Positions 50,560 to 59,252 of a stretch of DNA of 64,000 nt are shown in pieces. The stretch covers positions 324,540 through 388,539 of the forward strand of contig CAWHHT010000012.1 of the NCBI GenBank assembly GCA_963829205.1, in the 5' to 3' direction. Source of the DNA: an uncultured Thermoleophilia bacterium (GTDB taxonomy: Bacteria > Actinomycetota > Thermoleophilia > UBA2241). The notes beneath the pieces are model-generated. The model had not been told where the DNA came from. It searched no databases and was given only the letters and a program-made list of their open reading frames with translations. Each line of letters begins with the position of its first letter. Within the stretch, counting starts at the first letter, position 1. The translations under genes and the position numbers were made by a program.

Positions 50560-51767
50560 ATGAAGGACCTCGGCGACATCACTCATCCGCCCGAGCTCGG
50601 CGACGGCCGCATCCGGCTGCGCCGCCTCCAGGCGGCGGACAAGGCGGCCGTCGTCAAGGCCTGCAACGACGGCCTCATCGAGCGCTTCTGCTTCCGCGTG
50701 CCGTACCCGTACGAGGAGAGCGACTTCGTGGACTTCCTCTCCTACAACGAGCACTTCTGGGCCAAGGAGCTGATCGCCAACTGGACGGTGGTGGACGCGG
50801 CGAGCGACAAGCTGCTGGCGATGATCTCGCTCGACGTGGTGTCGCTCCGGCAGGCCGGCGAGATCGGTTACTGGTGCGCGCCGTGGGCGCGCGGCAAGGG
50901 CGTCATGAGCGCGGCCGTGCGCCTCGTGCGCGACTGGGCCTTCGACGAGCTCGAGCTGGAGCGGCTCGAGCTGACGACGGACGTGGACAACTACGGGTCG
51001 CAGCGGGTGGCGCAGGCGGCGGGCTTCCGCCGCGAGGGTGTCATGCGCGGGTACCTCACGGCGCGGACCCGCCGCACCGACGATGTCCTCTTCGGCATGA
51101 AGCATGACGACCCAAGGGAGCCCATCGTCCCGCTGCCCGACCCGCGGCTCGAGGACGGCAAGGTCGTCGTCCGGCCCGTTCTGGATCGAGGACGCCCCGG
51201 CCGTCCGGGCCGCCTGCGACGACCCGGACGTTGCGCACTGGATCCACCTCGTGCCGAGCCCGTACACGATGGAGGACGCCGAAGCGTTCATCGCCGACAG
51301 CTGGCGGTGGCTCGTCGCCGGCGAACGCGCCCGCCTGGCGATCGCCGACGAAGGCGGCGAGAAGCTGCTCGGCAGCGTCAGCCTCGACCTCTTCGCCGAC
51401 CGGCAGGCCGCGGAGATCGGCTACTGGGTCGCGCGGGAGGCGCGCCGTCAGGGCTTCGCCCTGGCCGCGGCGCGCCTCGTCGTCCGCTGGGCGTTCGAGC
51501 AGATCGGCCTCGAGCGGCTCGAGATCCTCGTCTACCCCGGCAACGCCGCGTCGCAGGCCCTCGCGGAGAAGCTGGGCTTCCGGCGCGAGGGCGTCCTGCG
51601 CGGCTTCCTCGCCGCAGAGCCGGGCAAGGACCGCGCCGGCAGGGTGGAGCTGCCGGCCGGCGCCGCGGAAGAGAGCGCGGCCGGCGCCGAGGCCTCCGCG
51701 CCGGCCGCTCCCGCCGCGCGACGACCAGGTGCAGTTCGCGCTCCTCAGGAGTGACTGGGCCGGCTGA
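50560..51767 (+). pseudogene. tandem double GNAT (RimJ/RimL-like) N-acetyltransferase, frame changes
   Basis: Two homologous halves: IRLRRLQAADK..GEIGYWCAPWARGKGVMSAAVRLVRDWAFDELELERLELTTDVDNYGSQRVAQAAGFRREGVMRG and ..AEIGYWVAREARRQGFALAAARLVVRWAFEQIGLERLEILVYPGNAASQALAEKLGFRREGVLRG. Shifts lie near 51175 and near 51700. The end DDQVQFALLRSDW is in a third frame. Confidence 0.65.
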
Positions 51768-51852
51768 CCGCGGAGCCGCACCGCGGAGGCCGCACCGCGG
51801 GAGCCGACTCGCGGAGGCCGCGGCGGAGGCCGGTGGTACAATCTCTGCCCGC

Positions 51853-51928
51853 GGGCCGCTAGCTCAGTTGGTAGAGCAGGGGACTTTTAATCCCAAGGTC
51901 ATTGGTTCGATCCCAACGCGGCCCACCA
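51853..51928 (+). tRNA. tRNA-Lys (anticodon UUU)
   Basis: 76 nt with a cloverleaf fold. Acceptor GGGCCGC/GCGGCCC, D-arm GCTC-AGTTGGTA-GAGC, anticodon loop CTTTTAA, T-loop TTCGATC, encoded CCA. TACAAT -10 at 51837-51842. Confidence 0.9.
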
Positions 51929-51965
51929 CCCATCACCCGGCGGTCCCACGACGACGGGAGCATCG

Positions 51966-52355
51966 TTGAAGATCCAGACCATCACCCTGAGCGTCGACGC
52001 CTACCACGAGGATCCGGTGTACATCGAACGGGAACTCGGGAAGGTGATCGGGAGCATACAGGCCGCGCTCGCGGCGATCGGGCACGACCCTGGGGAATCC
52101 TCGTTCAATCTGGCGTTCAATCTCGTCGACCCCGACGACAGGGTCGGCCAGTCGCGCTACGAGATGTACCGCATCCGTATGCAGCTCGGGCAGATCGAGG
52201 CCGTACTCGACGGCGACCAGGAGGAGGAGGGGCTGACGCCCGAAGACCGCAAGGCGCGTCGGGCGATGCTCCTGGTCCACAAGAACGCGCTCGAGCAGGA
52301 GCTCCACGAGCTCGAAGAACGGGACGACGTCACCCAGAAGAACCCTTGGGAGTAG
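51966..52355 (+). CDS. hypothetical acidic protein
   Basis: 129-aa ORF with a TTG start and no recognisable motif. It is the first gene after tRNA-Lys. Confidence 0.45.
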   Translation: MKIQTITLSVDAYHEDPVYIERELGKVIGSIQAALAAIGHDPGESSFNLAFNLVDPDDRVGQSRYEMYRIRMQLGQIEAVLDGDQEEEGLTPEDRKARRAMLLVHKNALEQELHELEERDDVTQKNPWE

Positions 52356-52377
52356 GCGGCAGCCGTCCTGCCCGCCG

Positions 52378-54347
52378 CTACCAGATGCGTGCCCGCGTCG
52401 CCTCGTCGCGCGCCATCGGTGCCGTTCCGTGGATCCCGAACGCGTCGCAAACGCCGGCAGGTTCGAGAGCGGGCCGTTCACCCGGCACCGCGCGGGCGAG
52501 TGCGGGTCCGACGTTCACGAGCAGGCGCCGGTACTCGTCGGTGTAGTTGGTGCGCCACACCGTCGCCCAGGAGAGGAAGAACCGCTGCTCGGGCGTGAAG
52601 CCGTCGATGGTCTCGGCCGGCTCGCCGACGAGCCTCTCGCGCAGCGCGTCGTAGCGCGATCTTGAGAGCCGCCGAGGTCGGCGATGTTCTCGCCCAGCGT
52701 GAGGTGGCCGTTGACGTGCAGGCCGTCGAGCGACCTCGTACTCGTCGAACTGCTCGGCGAGCACCTCGGCGCGCCGCGTCGAACTCGGCGCGGTCCTCCT
52801 CGGTCCACCAATCGCGCAGATGGCCATGCGCGTCGAAGTGGCTGCCCTCGTCGTCGAACCCGTGCGTGATCTCGTGCCCGATGACCGCGCCGATGGCGCC
52901 GTAGTTCACGGCGTCGTCGGCGTCCGCATAGAAGAACGGCGGCTGCAGGATGCCGGCGGGGAAGACGATCTCGTTGAGCAGCGGGTGGTAGTAGGCGTTG
53001 ACCGACGTGGGCCGGCATCGCCCACTCGACCCTATCGACGGGCTCGCCCAGCCGGCCGAACTGCCGCGCGTACTCGAACGTCTGCGCAGCGCATCCGGTT
53101 CTCGGCGTAGGACCCGCGCTCGATCACGAGACCGGAGTAGTCGCGCCACTCGTCCGGGAAGCCGATCTTGTAGGTGAAGCCCGCGAGCTTCCGCAGCGCC
53201 TGCCTCCCGGGTGGCGTCGGTCATCCACTCGGCGCTCCGGATCGCGCGCCCCATCGCGACCAGCAGGTGGTCGACCATCTCCTCGCAGCGGTGCTTGGCC
53301 TGCGCCGAGAACGCGGCGTCGACGTAGAGCTGCGCCACCAGCTCGCCGATGTCCGCGGAAGCGGCGTTGAGCACGCGCTTCCAGCGCGGTTGCATCTCCT
53401 TCTGGCCGCCCAGCGTGCGGCCGTAGAAGGCGAACGCCTCGTGCTCGAACTTCGGCGAGAGGGCCGAGGCGAAGGCCCGAACCAGGTGCCAGCGGAGGTA
53501 GTCCCGCAGCGTCTCGACGGGAGTGTCCGAGAGGGTCGCGTCCAGCGCCTCGAAGAACCCCGGGTTGTCGATGTTGACCGTCGCGGACGTGACGCCGAGC
53601 TCGGTCACGTAGCCGCACAGGCCGAACGCCGGCATGAGCTCGTCGAGGCCCGCGACGTCGTATCGGTTCATGGTGAGCTGCACGTCGCGCATCTGCTCGG
53701 CGGTGTAGGACGCCTCGGCCAGGCGAGTCTCGAACGCGAGGATGCCCTCGGCGGCCCGCTGCGCCCGCCCCTCGGCATTTCCGAGGTTCCCGAGTTGCCG
53801 GGCGACGTGGGTCACGTACTGCGCGCGCAGCGCGACCGACTGCTCGTCGTCACGCGTGTAGTAGTCGCGCTCGGGGAGCCCCAGCCCGCCCTGGCCGACG
53901 TAGACGAGGTAGGCGCCCGAGTCATCGAAGTCCGGTGCGATGCCGAGCGAGTGGAGCGGCGCAGGACCGCAGCGCTGAAGGTCGCGCACGATGTCGCGGA
54001 CGTCGGCGAGGGACGCGGCGGCGTCGATGCGCGTCGAGGTACGGGCCGAGCGGCGCTGCGCCGGCGGCGGCGATCGACGCCTCGTCCATCGCCGCCGCGA
54101 AGTAGTCGCCCACCATCTGGACGGCGGACCCGCGCGGGTCGTCCCGGGATGCAGCGTCCTCGAGCAGCTGGTGCAGCACGTCTTGGTTGCGCGCGTGGAG
54201 GATCCGCGCCTCGTCCCAGACCCCGTACTCGGGCGGGACGGGGTTGGCGTCTAGCCAGCCCCCGTTCACGTGACGGTAGAAGTCGTCGGGCGCGGCTGTA
54301 CTGACGTCGAAGAGCGCGGTGTCGATCGCGCTCACGGGTTCGCTCAT
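52378..54347 (-). pseudogene. M13-family zinc metallopeptidase (PepO / neprilysin-like), heavily frameshifted
   Basis: N-terminus DDFYRHVNGGWL. NAYYHPLLNEIVFPAGILQPPFF. Zincin motif VIGHEITHGFDD. GENIADLGG. The C-terminal CDAFG..W is also present. The pieces are spread over all three frames, needing at least 6 shifts. Confidence 0.8.
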
Positions 54348-54470
54348 GGTGTTCTCCCGGCTTGTGGTGAGTGGCTCGCTGCCTCCACGGTACCCGCTCG
54401 CGTCCGGACGGCCTCATACGATGGCGTGAAGACGGACGGGCCCGGGCCGCCTCCCGCAGACACTCCAGCG

Positions 54471-54779
54471 TCAGCCCTCGGGCAGGCCCTCCAGCCCACT
54501 GATACCTCGGATGACGATCTCTAGGTCGCGCTCGAACGCCTCCGCGGAGAGGGCATCGGCGGCCTTCATCACGGGATCATTGGAGCTGCCATGTTCGGCG
54601 GACTCGGGCATCGCGGAGGTCTGAAGGAACAGAAAGCCGGTCAGGAACGCGTCCAGCACGCTGAACATGTGCTCGAGCGCCTCAGCCGGGATGGCCTGGT
54701 GCTCGTGCATCCGCTGGATGCGCCGCCCGTAGTCGATCAGCGGAGGCTCGTCGCCCGGAACTGTTGCCACGAAGTTGAA
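54471..54779 (-). pseudogene. 5'-truncated TetR-family regulator (C-terminal ligand-binding domain only)
   Basis: Only about the last 100 codons look protein-like (EALEHMFSVLDAFLTGFLFLQTS..FERDLEIVIRGI). No HTH-encoding part is present upstream. Confidence 0.4.
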
Positions 54780-54782
54780 CGC

Positions 54783-54908
54783 CCTGGGGGCAAGTACGCT
54801 GACCTCATCGTGCTCGACCAGAACCTCTTCAAGGTGCCGGTCCAGAACGTGGACCAGACCAAGGTGCTCGAGACCATCTTCAACGGCAAGGTGGTCTACA
54901 GGAAGTAG
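54783..54908 (+). pseudogene. 3' fragment of an amidohydrolase-family gene
   Basis: Only the last ~40 codons are protein-like (ADLIVLDQNLFKVPVQNVDQTKVLETIFNGKVVYRK). This is a typical metal-dependent amidohydrolase C-terminus. It abuts the truncated TetR fragment head-to-head. Confidence 0.4.
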
Positions 54909-55178
54909 TCTGACCGACGTTCTGTGCAGAAGGCCCCGCCCGGTGGCAACGCCGGCGGGGCCTTCGTGCACATGCGGAACACAGCCCCTTGGGAGCGTTC
55001 TACGCGACGGAGAAGCCTTGGGTCGGGAGGCCTGCGCGTGCGCCCTAGGCTTCGTCATAGATGGCTACACATTCGCCTCGGAGTTCGCTCTGTTATGCCG
55101 ATAGTCCCGGGCAGAGAGAGGGACGGGCGCGCACCCTCGCGCGCGCCTGGGGACATCCGCGTTCAGGGGAGAGAGAGT

Positions 55179-56933
55179 ATGCCATCAGGTGCACCACGGC
55201 CGGGTGAGCGCGGGCACGCGCATCGCGGCGCAAACGACGACGACCGGTCCCGGCGCGAGCTCGACCGTCTGCTCGCCTACGAGACCATCCTTGAGCACTC
55301 GCGCCTCAACGTGACCATCTACGACCGCGACCTCTTCGTCCGCGACGTGAGCCGCGTGGCAGCCGAGCACGCCCACATGACCCGAGAGACGATGATCGGC
55401 TGCTCGCTGCGTGACTACCTGCCGCCCGAATACGTCACCACCAACGAGCGCGCAATCGCCGGCGAGATGATCGAGATCGAAGGCAAGTTGGCCCCCGAGC
55501 TGGGTCCGGGGGAGCTGTGGACACACGTCCACATCCTGCCGATCCGCGATGGCGAGGGAGTCGTGCAGGGTGGCACGACCATCGTTGCGGACGTGAGTGA
55601 GCAGAGGCGCGCCGACGAGCTCATCGAGAAGCTTGCCTTCGTGGATTCCGTGACCGACCTGCCCAACCGCGCGATGCTCTCGATGATGCTGGAGGGGGCC
55701 TTGTCGGGTGCCAAGGCGTCCCACCGTCAGCTGGCACTCGTGTGGCTCAACCTCGACCGCTTCAAGGATGTCAACGACGGTCTCGGCCAGCAGGTCGGCG
55801 ATGAGCTCCTGCGTGCCGTCGGCGAGCGCCTGCACGAGCACGTGCGTACCAATGACATCGTCGCCCACGCCGGCGCCGACGACTTCGTGCTGCTGCTGCC
55901 TCGCGTCAATTCGGGTCAGCACCTCGAGCGCCTCGTGGCGCGCGTGCACGAGGTCTTCGGCGAGCCCTTCCTGGTGGGCGATGAGGCGGTCTTCCTCACG
56001 GCCAGTTGCGGCATCGCCGTGCATCCCAACGGCGGCGCCGATGCGAGGCAGCTGCAGGAGAACGCGCATACGGCGATGCGCGTCGCCAAACAGTTCGGTG
56101 GCGGCGCTTGCGAGCTCTTCGACCCCGGCGTCGCCGAGGACAGCTCCGGCCGCCTTCGGCTGGCGCGCGAGATCCGCGAGGGCATCGAGCAGGGCGCCTT
56201 CACGATGCACTACCAGCCGATCGTCGATCTCGGCACGATGCAGACGACATCTGTCGAGGCGCTGGCACGCTGGAACCACCCCAAGCGCGGCCTCGTTTCG
56301 CCAGCGGAGTTCATCCCCTTTGCCGAGGAGAGCGGGCTCATCGTCACGCTGGGCCGGCACCTCCTCACCGAGGCCTGCGGCCACCTCAAGGGCTGGCATG
56401 CCGCCCTCGAGGCGCCGCCCCGTGTCTGCGTCAACGTCTCGGCGCGCGAGGTGCAGCGCTCCGATGTCTGCGACGGGGTCAAGCGCGCGGCGGCCAGGGC
56501 GGGCATCGCGCCCTCGTCGCTGGAGATCGAGTTCACCGAGACGGCCGTGCTCGCCAATCCGGCCCGCGCCGCCGAGGTCGCCCGCTGCCTGAGTGACGCC
56601 GGCGCCAGCGTCTCTTTGGACGACTTCGGCACCGGCTACTCCTCGCTCACACACCTGCACCAGCTGCCCATCGACCGCGTCAAGATCGACCGCTCGTTCG
56701 TGGGCAGTTGCCTCAGCGATCGCTCGGCTTCATCCATCCTCGTGGGGGTCACGCATCTGGCCCACGACCTCGGCATGGAGGTCGTCGCCGAGGGCGTGGA
56801 GTCGGAGGCCCAGCTGGAGTTCGTGAAGGCGGTCGGCTGCGACGCCGCCCAGGGCTACCACCTGGCGAGGCCGCTGCCGCACGCTGAGGCCACCGAACAC
56901 CTGCGCAGGGCGGCCAAAGGGCCGGTGCTGTAG
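55179..56933 (+). CDS. PAS-GGDEF-EAL signalling protein (degenerate GADDF A-site, intact RxxD I-site, EAL domain apparently intact)
   Basis: PAS region (ILEHSRLNVTIYDRDLF..). GGDEF domain with RTND-IVAHA-GADDF. EAL motifs VEALARW, DDFGTGYSSL, KIDRSF, AEGVE. Confidence 0.8.
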   Translation: MPSGAPRPGERGHAHRGANDDDRSRRELDRLLAYETILEHSRLNVTIYDRDLFVRDVSRVAAEHAHMTRETMIGCSLRDYLPPEYVTTNERAIAGEMIEIEGKLAPELGPGELWTHVHILPIRDGEGVVQGGTTIVADVSEQRRADELIEKLAFVDSVTDLPNRAMLSMMLEGALSGAKASHRQLALVWLNLDRFKDVNDGLGQQVGDELLRAVGERLHEHVRTNDIVAHAGADDFVLLLPRVNSGQHLERLVARVHEVFGEPFLVGDEAVFLTASCGIAVHPNGGADARQLQENAHTAMRVAKQFGGGACELFDPGVAEDSSGRLRLAREIREGIEQGAFTMHYQPIVDLGTMQTTSVEALARWNHPKRGLVSPAEFIPFAEESGLIVTLGRHLLTEACGHLKGWHAALEAPPRVCVNVSAREVQRSDVCDGVKRAAARAGIAPSSLEIEFTETAVLANPARAAEVARCLSDAGASVSLDDFGTGYSSLTHLHQLPIDRVKIDRSFVGSCLSDRSASSILVGVTHLAHDLGMEVVAEGVESEAQLEFVKAVGCDAAQGYHLARPLPHAEATEHLRRAAKGPVL

Positions 56934-57366
56934 AAGCGGCTCGTTCTCTGGGCGCCCTTCCGGCGATAGCCCCGCTTCGCGCCGACGACACTCCTTGCCG
57001 CGGCGACAATCTCGACCGCGGCGAAGGGAAACCGGAAGAAGCCGAGGGCGGCGCCATCCAAGGCGGAGAGGGCAAGCATCGCGCCGACGACGAGCCAGAC
57101 TGCAAACCGGGTGTGAGGGTGGTTCGCTCGGCGCTTCAGGGCCGTGTCGGCGGACTTTCCGCGTGAGTATTGCTCGCGACGCTCCTCTCATCCCGCATCT
57201 GGCAGACGTCCTGGCCACATGGGCTGGCGCGGATCGCGGCCTGGCAAGCGTTTCAAGCTGATGCGCCGGAGGTCTCCGGTACACTGGGGCCGCATGGCGT
57301 GCGGGCAACGCGCCGCGCGTTGGGCGGGCCACCAGGCGGCAGCGAGCTAGCGACCGGGAGCGGCAG

Positions 57367-57864
57367 ATGGACCTGATCATCCGTGAGGCACGCATTGACG
57401 ACGCAGCTGCGATTCTCGGCGTGCTGAATCCCATCATCGAGTCGGAGACGACAGCGTTCGACGCACCGCTCGCCGATGCGGACGAGCGCGCCTACATCTC
57501 TGGCTTCCCCTCGCGAGGCGTGTTCCACGTTGCGCTACGCAGCGGCGACGGACTACTTGTCGGTTTCCAGAGCATGGAGCCCTTTGCTACCTACAGCAGC
57601 CTCTTCGATCATGTGGGCGTTCTCGGCACCTACGTCGACGCCGCCTGCCGCCGGCGGCGAGTCGCCTCGCGCCTCTTCGCGGCGACGTTCAGCGCCGCCC
57701 GCGCCAAGGGTTACGAGAAGTTGTTCACCTACATCCGCGAGGACAACCCGGCCGCGCTGGCCGCGTACGCCGCGCAAGGCTTTCGCGTCGTCGGCAGGGC
57801 CGAGCGTCACGTCAAGGTCGATGGCCGCTACGTTGCGGAGGTCATCGTGGAGCGATTCCTCTGA
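57367..57864 (+). CDS. GNAT-family N-acetyltransferase (phosphinothricin acetyltransferase-like)
   Basis: MDLIIREARIDDAAAILGVLNPIIE..TAFD. Acetyl-CoA motif region RRRRVASRLF. 165 aa. Confidence 0.8.
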   Translation: MDLIIREARIDDAAAILGVLNPIIESETTAFDAPLADADERAYISGFPSRGVFHVALRSGDGLLVGFQSMEPFATYSSLFDHVGVLGTYVDAACRRRRVASRLFAATFSAARAKGYEKLFTYIREDNPAALAAYAAQGFRVVGRAERHVKVDGRYVAEVIVERFL

Positions 57865-57877
57865 ACGCAGGAGGTCA

Positions 57878-58520
57878 GTGAACGAAACGATGGGCCGGGC
57901 GTCGGGGCCAGCCGTAGGAGAACCGCCGACGATCATCTTCGACCCGGGCGGCGTTCTCGTCGAGAACGTCACCCTCAATGCACTCGGTGCGCTCCTTCCC
58001 GAGCCGACCGACGCCGAGGCGACACGGGACCCGCTGGCTTGCGTCCAGCTCGGTCCGTGCCTTCGAGCTTGGACGCAGCGATCCGGCAGACTTCGCGAGC
58101 GCATTCATCGCGGAGTGGAGCCTCGCGCTCTCCCCGGAGGAGTTCCTCGCCGAGTTCACCACCTGGCCGCGCGCCTTCTGGCCGGAGTCGCTCGAGCTGA
58201 TCGTCGAGCTTCGCGCGGCTCATAAGGTCGCCTGTCTCAGCAACTGCAACGAGCTCCATTGGCGTCGCTTCGGCGGCTTCGCGCAGCAGTTCGACGCAGC
58301 CTTCTCGTCGCACCTCCTCGGGCATATCAAGCCCGATCGCGAAGTCTTCGAGATCGTGCTCAGCCGTCTCGCGGTGCAGCCGCAGGAGGTGCGCTACTTC
58401 GACGACGCACCGGCTTGCGTCGATGCCGCCCGCAACGTCGGCATCCGCGCGCATCTCGCCGATGGCCCCGCCGCTTGCCGTGAGGTCTTGGCGGCGGAGG
58501 GCTTGCAGAACGGCTTCTGA
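57878..58520 (+). pseudogene. HAD-superfamily hydrolase, one frame change
   Basis: The GGAGG RBS at 57869-57873 lies 4 nt before GTG 57878. N-terminal IIFDPGGVLVE (DxG motif I) is in one frame. CLSNCN..KPDREVFE..YFDDAPACVDAARNVG is in another. The shift lies near 58030. Confidence 0.65.
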
Positions 58521-58530
58521 GGCCCTTTGG

Positions 58531-58568
58531 TCCCAAGGTCACAGGTTCGATCCCCGTGCGGCCCACCA
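58531..58568 (+). other. tRNA-Lys 3'-half remnant (direct repeat of 51891-51928)
   Basis: TCCCAAGGTCAcaGGTTCGATCCCcgtGCGGCCCACCA matches the 3' 38 nt of tRNA-Lys at 33/38 positions. The differences are confined to the T-stem. No acceptor 5' strand or D-arm lies upstream, where the HAD gene ends at 58520. Confidence 0.6.
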
Positions 58569-58616
58569 CTTCTTCCCTGCACCGCCGCCTCGGGCCGAGG
58601 TCTGCCTGCGCGACGG

Positions 58617-59198
58617 TCAGCTGTCCGTGGCCGCCGAGGCGGGCTGGGGGCCCTGGGCCGCGCTGTTCGAGGTGGCCCTCCAGGCACCGTAAGAGACCTG
58701 GACGACGAACGCGAGCATCAGCGGAATCGCGACCCACTCGAGCCAATGGCTCCGCGCGAAGATCGAGACGACGTCCACCGTGCAGGAGGCCAATGCGAAG
58801 TAGCTCAGCCAGCCGGGGACGCCCGGATGGTAGAGCACGCCCCAGCCGATGAGCATGACGGTCACGGCGAGTGCGACGAAGAGGATGGTCGCCCACAGGG
58901 CGTGCGCGCTCTCCTGGTTCTCCGAGTAGATGCCGGTCATGACGAGAGCAAGCGAAGCGACAAGGCCGCTGAACTGCGCCAGGACGATGAGCAGTCTGGT
59001 GCGCAGGCGCTGGCCGCGGGTGAGCGCGCGCAGGCCGACGAAGAAGATCGCCAGCCCGACGCCGACGACCACCATGTCGATGCGGAACAGGAAGGCGCCG
59101 CGTGGATTGAGCCAGGTGTTGCCCAGGTCGCTGATCCAATTGGTCATGGGGCTGAACGCCCACGGATACACGACATAGGCGGCCACGGCGAGTGCCAC
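58617..59198 (-). CDS. DUF998-like integral membrane protein
   Basis: 193 aa with multiple TM segments. WISDLGN is as in DUF998 proteins. The GTG start is uncertain because the hydrophobic sequence continues upstream to the stop of the NlpC/P60 gene. Confidence 0.55.
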   Translation of the reverse strand: MALAVAAYVVYPWAFSPMTNWISDLGNTWLNPRGAFLFRIDMVVVGVGLAIFFVGLRALTRGQRLRTRLLIVLAQFSGLVASLALVMTGIYSENQESAHALWATILFVALAVTVMLIGWGVLYHPGVPGWLSYFALASCTVDVVSIFARSHWLEWVAIPLMLAFVVQVSYGAWRATSNSAAQGPQPASAATDS

Positions 59199-59252
59199 GC
59201 AGACGAAGACCGACAGGATGCCGGCGATGGACGCCAGTGGGATACTTGGCTC

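Noticed and set aside
56934-57366. Possible small membrane-protein gene on the minus strand (..FAVWLVVGAMLALSALDGAALGFFRFPFAAVEIVAAA..)
   Set aside because: There is no plausible start codon between the upstream in-frame TGA and the internal ATG. The frame then runs into the EAL gene's 3' end. I treated it as a remnant or non-coding within the decayed segment.
51929-58530. Integrase, excisionase or transposase within the tRNA-flanked segment, and anywhere else in the window
   Set aside because: No ORF in any frame showed tyrosine or serine recombinase or DDE transposase hallmarks that I could recognise. The island hypothesis therefore rests only on the tRNA repeat and the gene decay.
58460-58572. 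A second complete tRNA gene at the end of the HAD gene
   Set aside because: Only the 3' 38 nt resemble tRNA-Lys. The upstream sequence is the HAD coding region and lacks an acceptor 5' strand, a D-arm and a proper anticodon stem-loop. I recorded it as a remnant.
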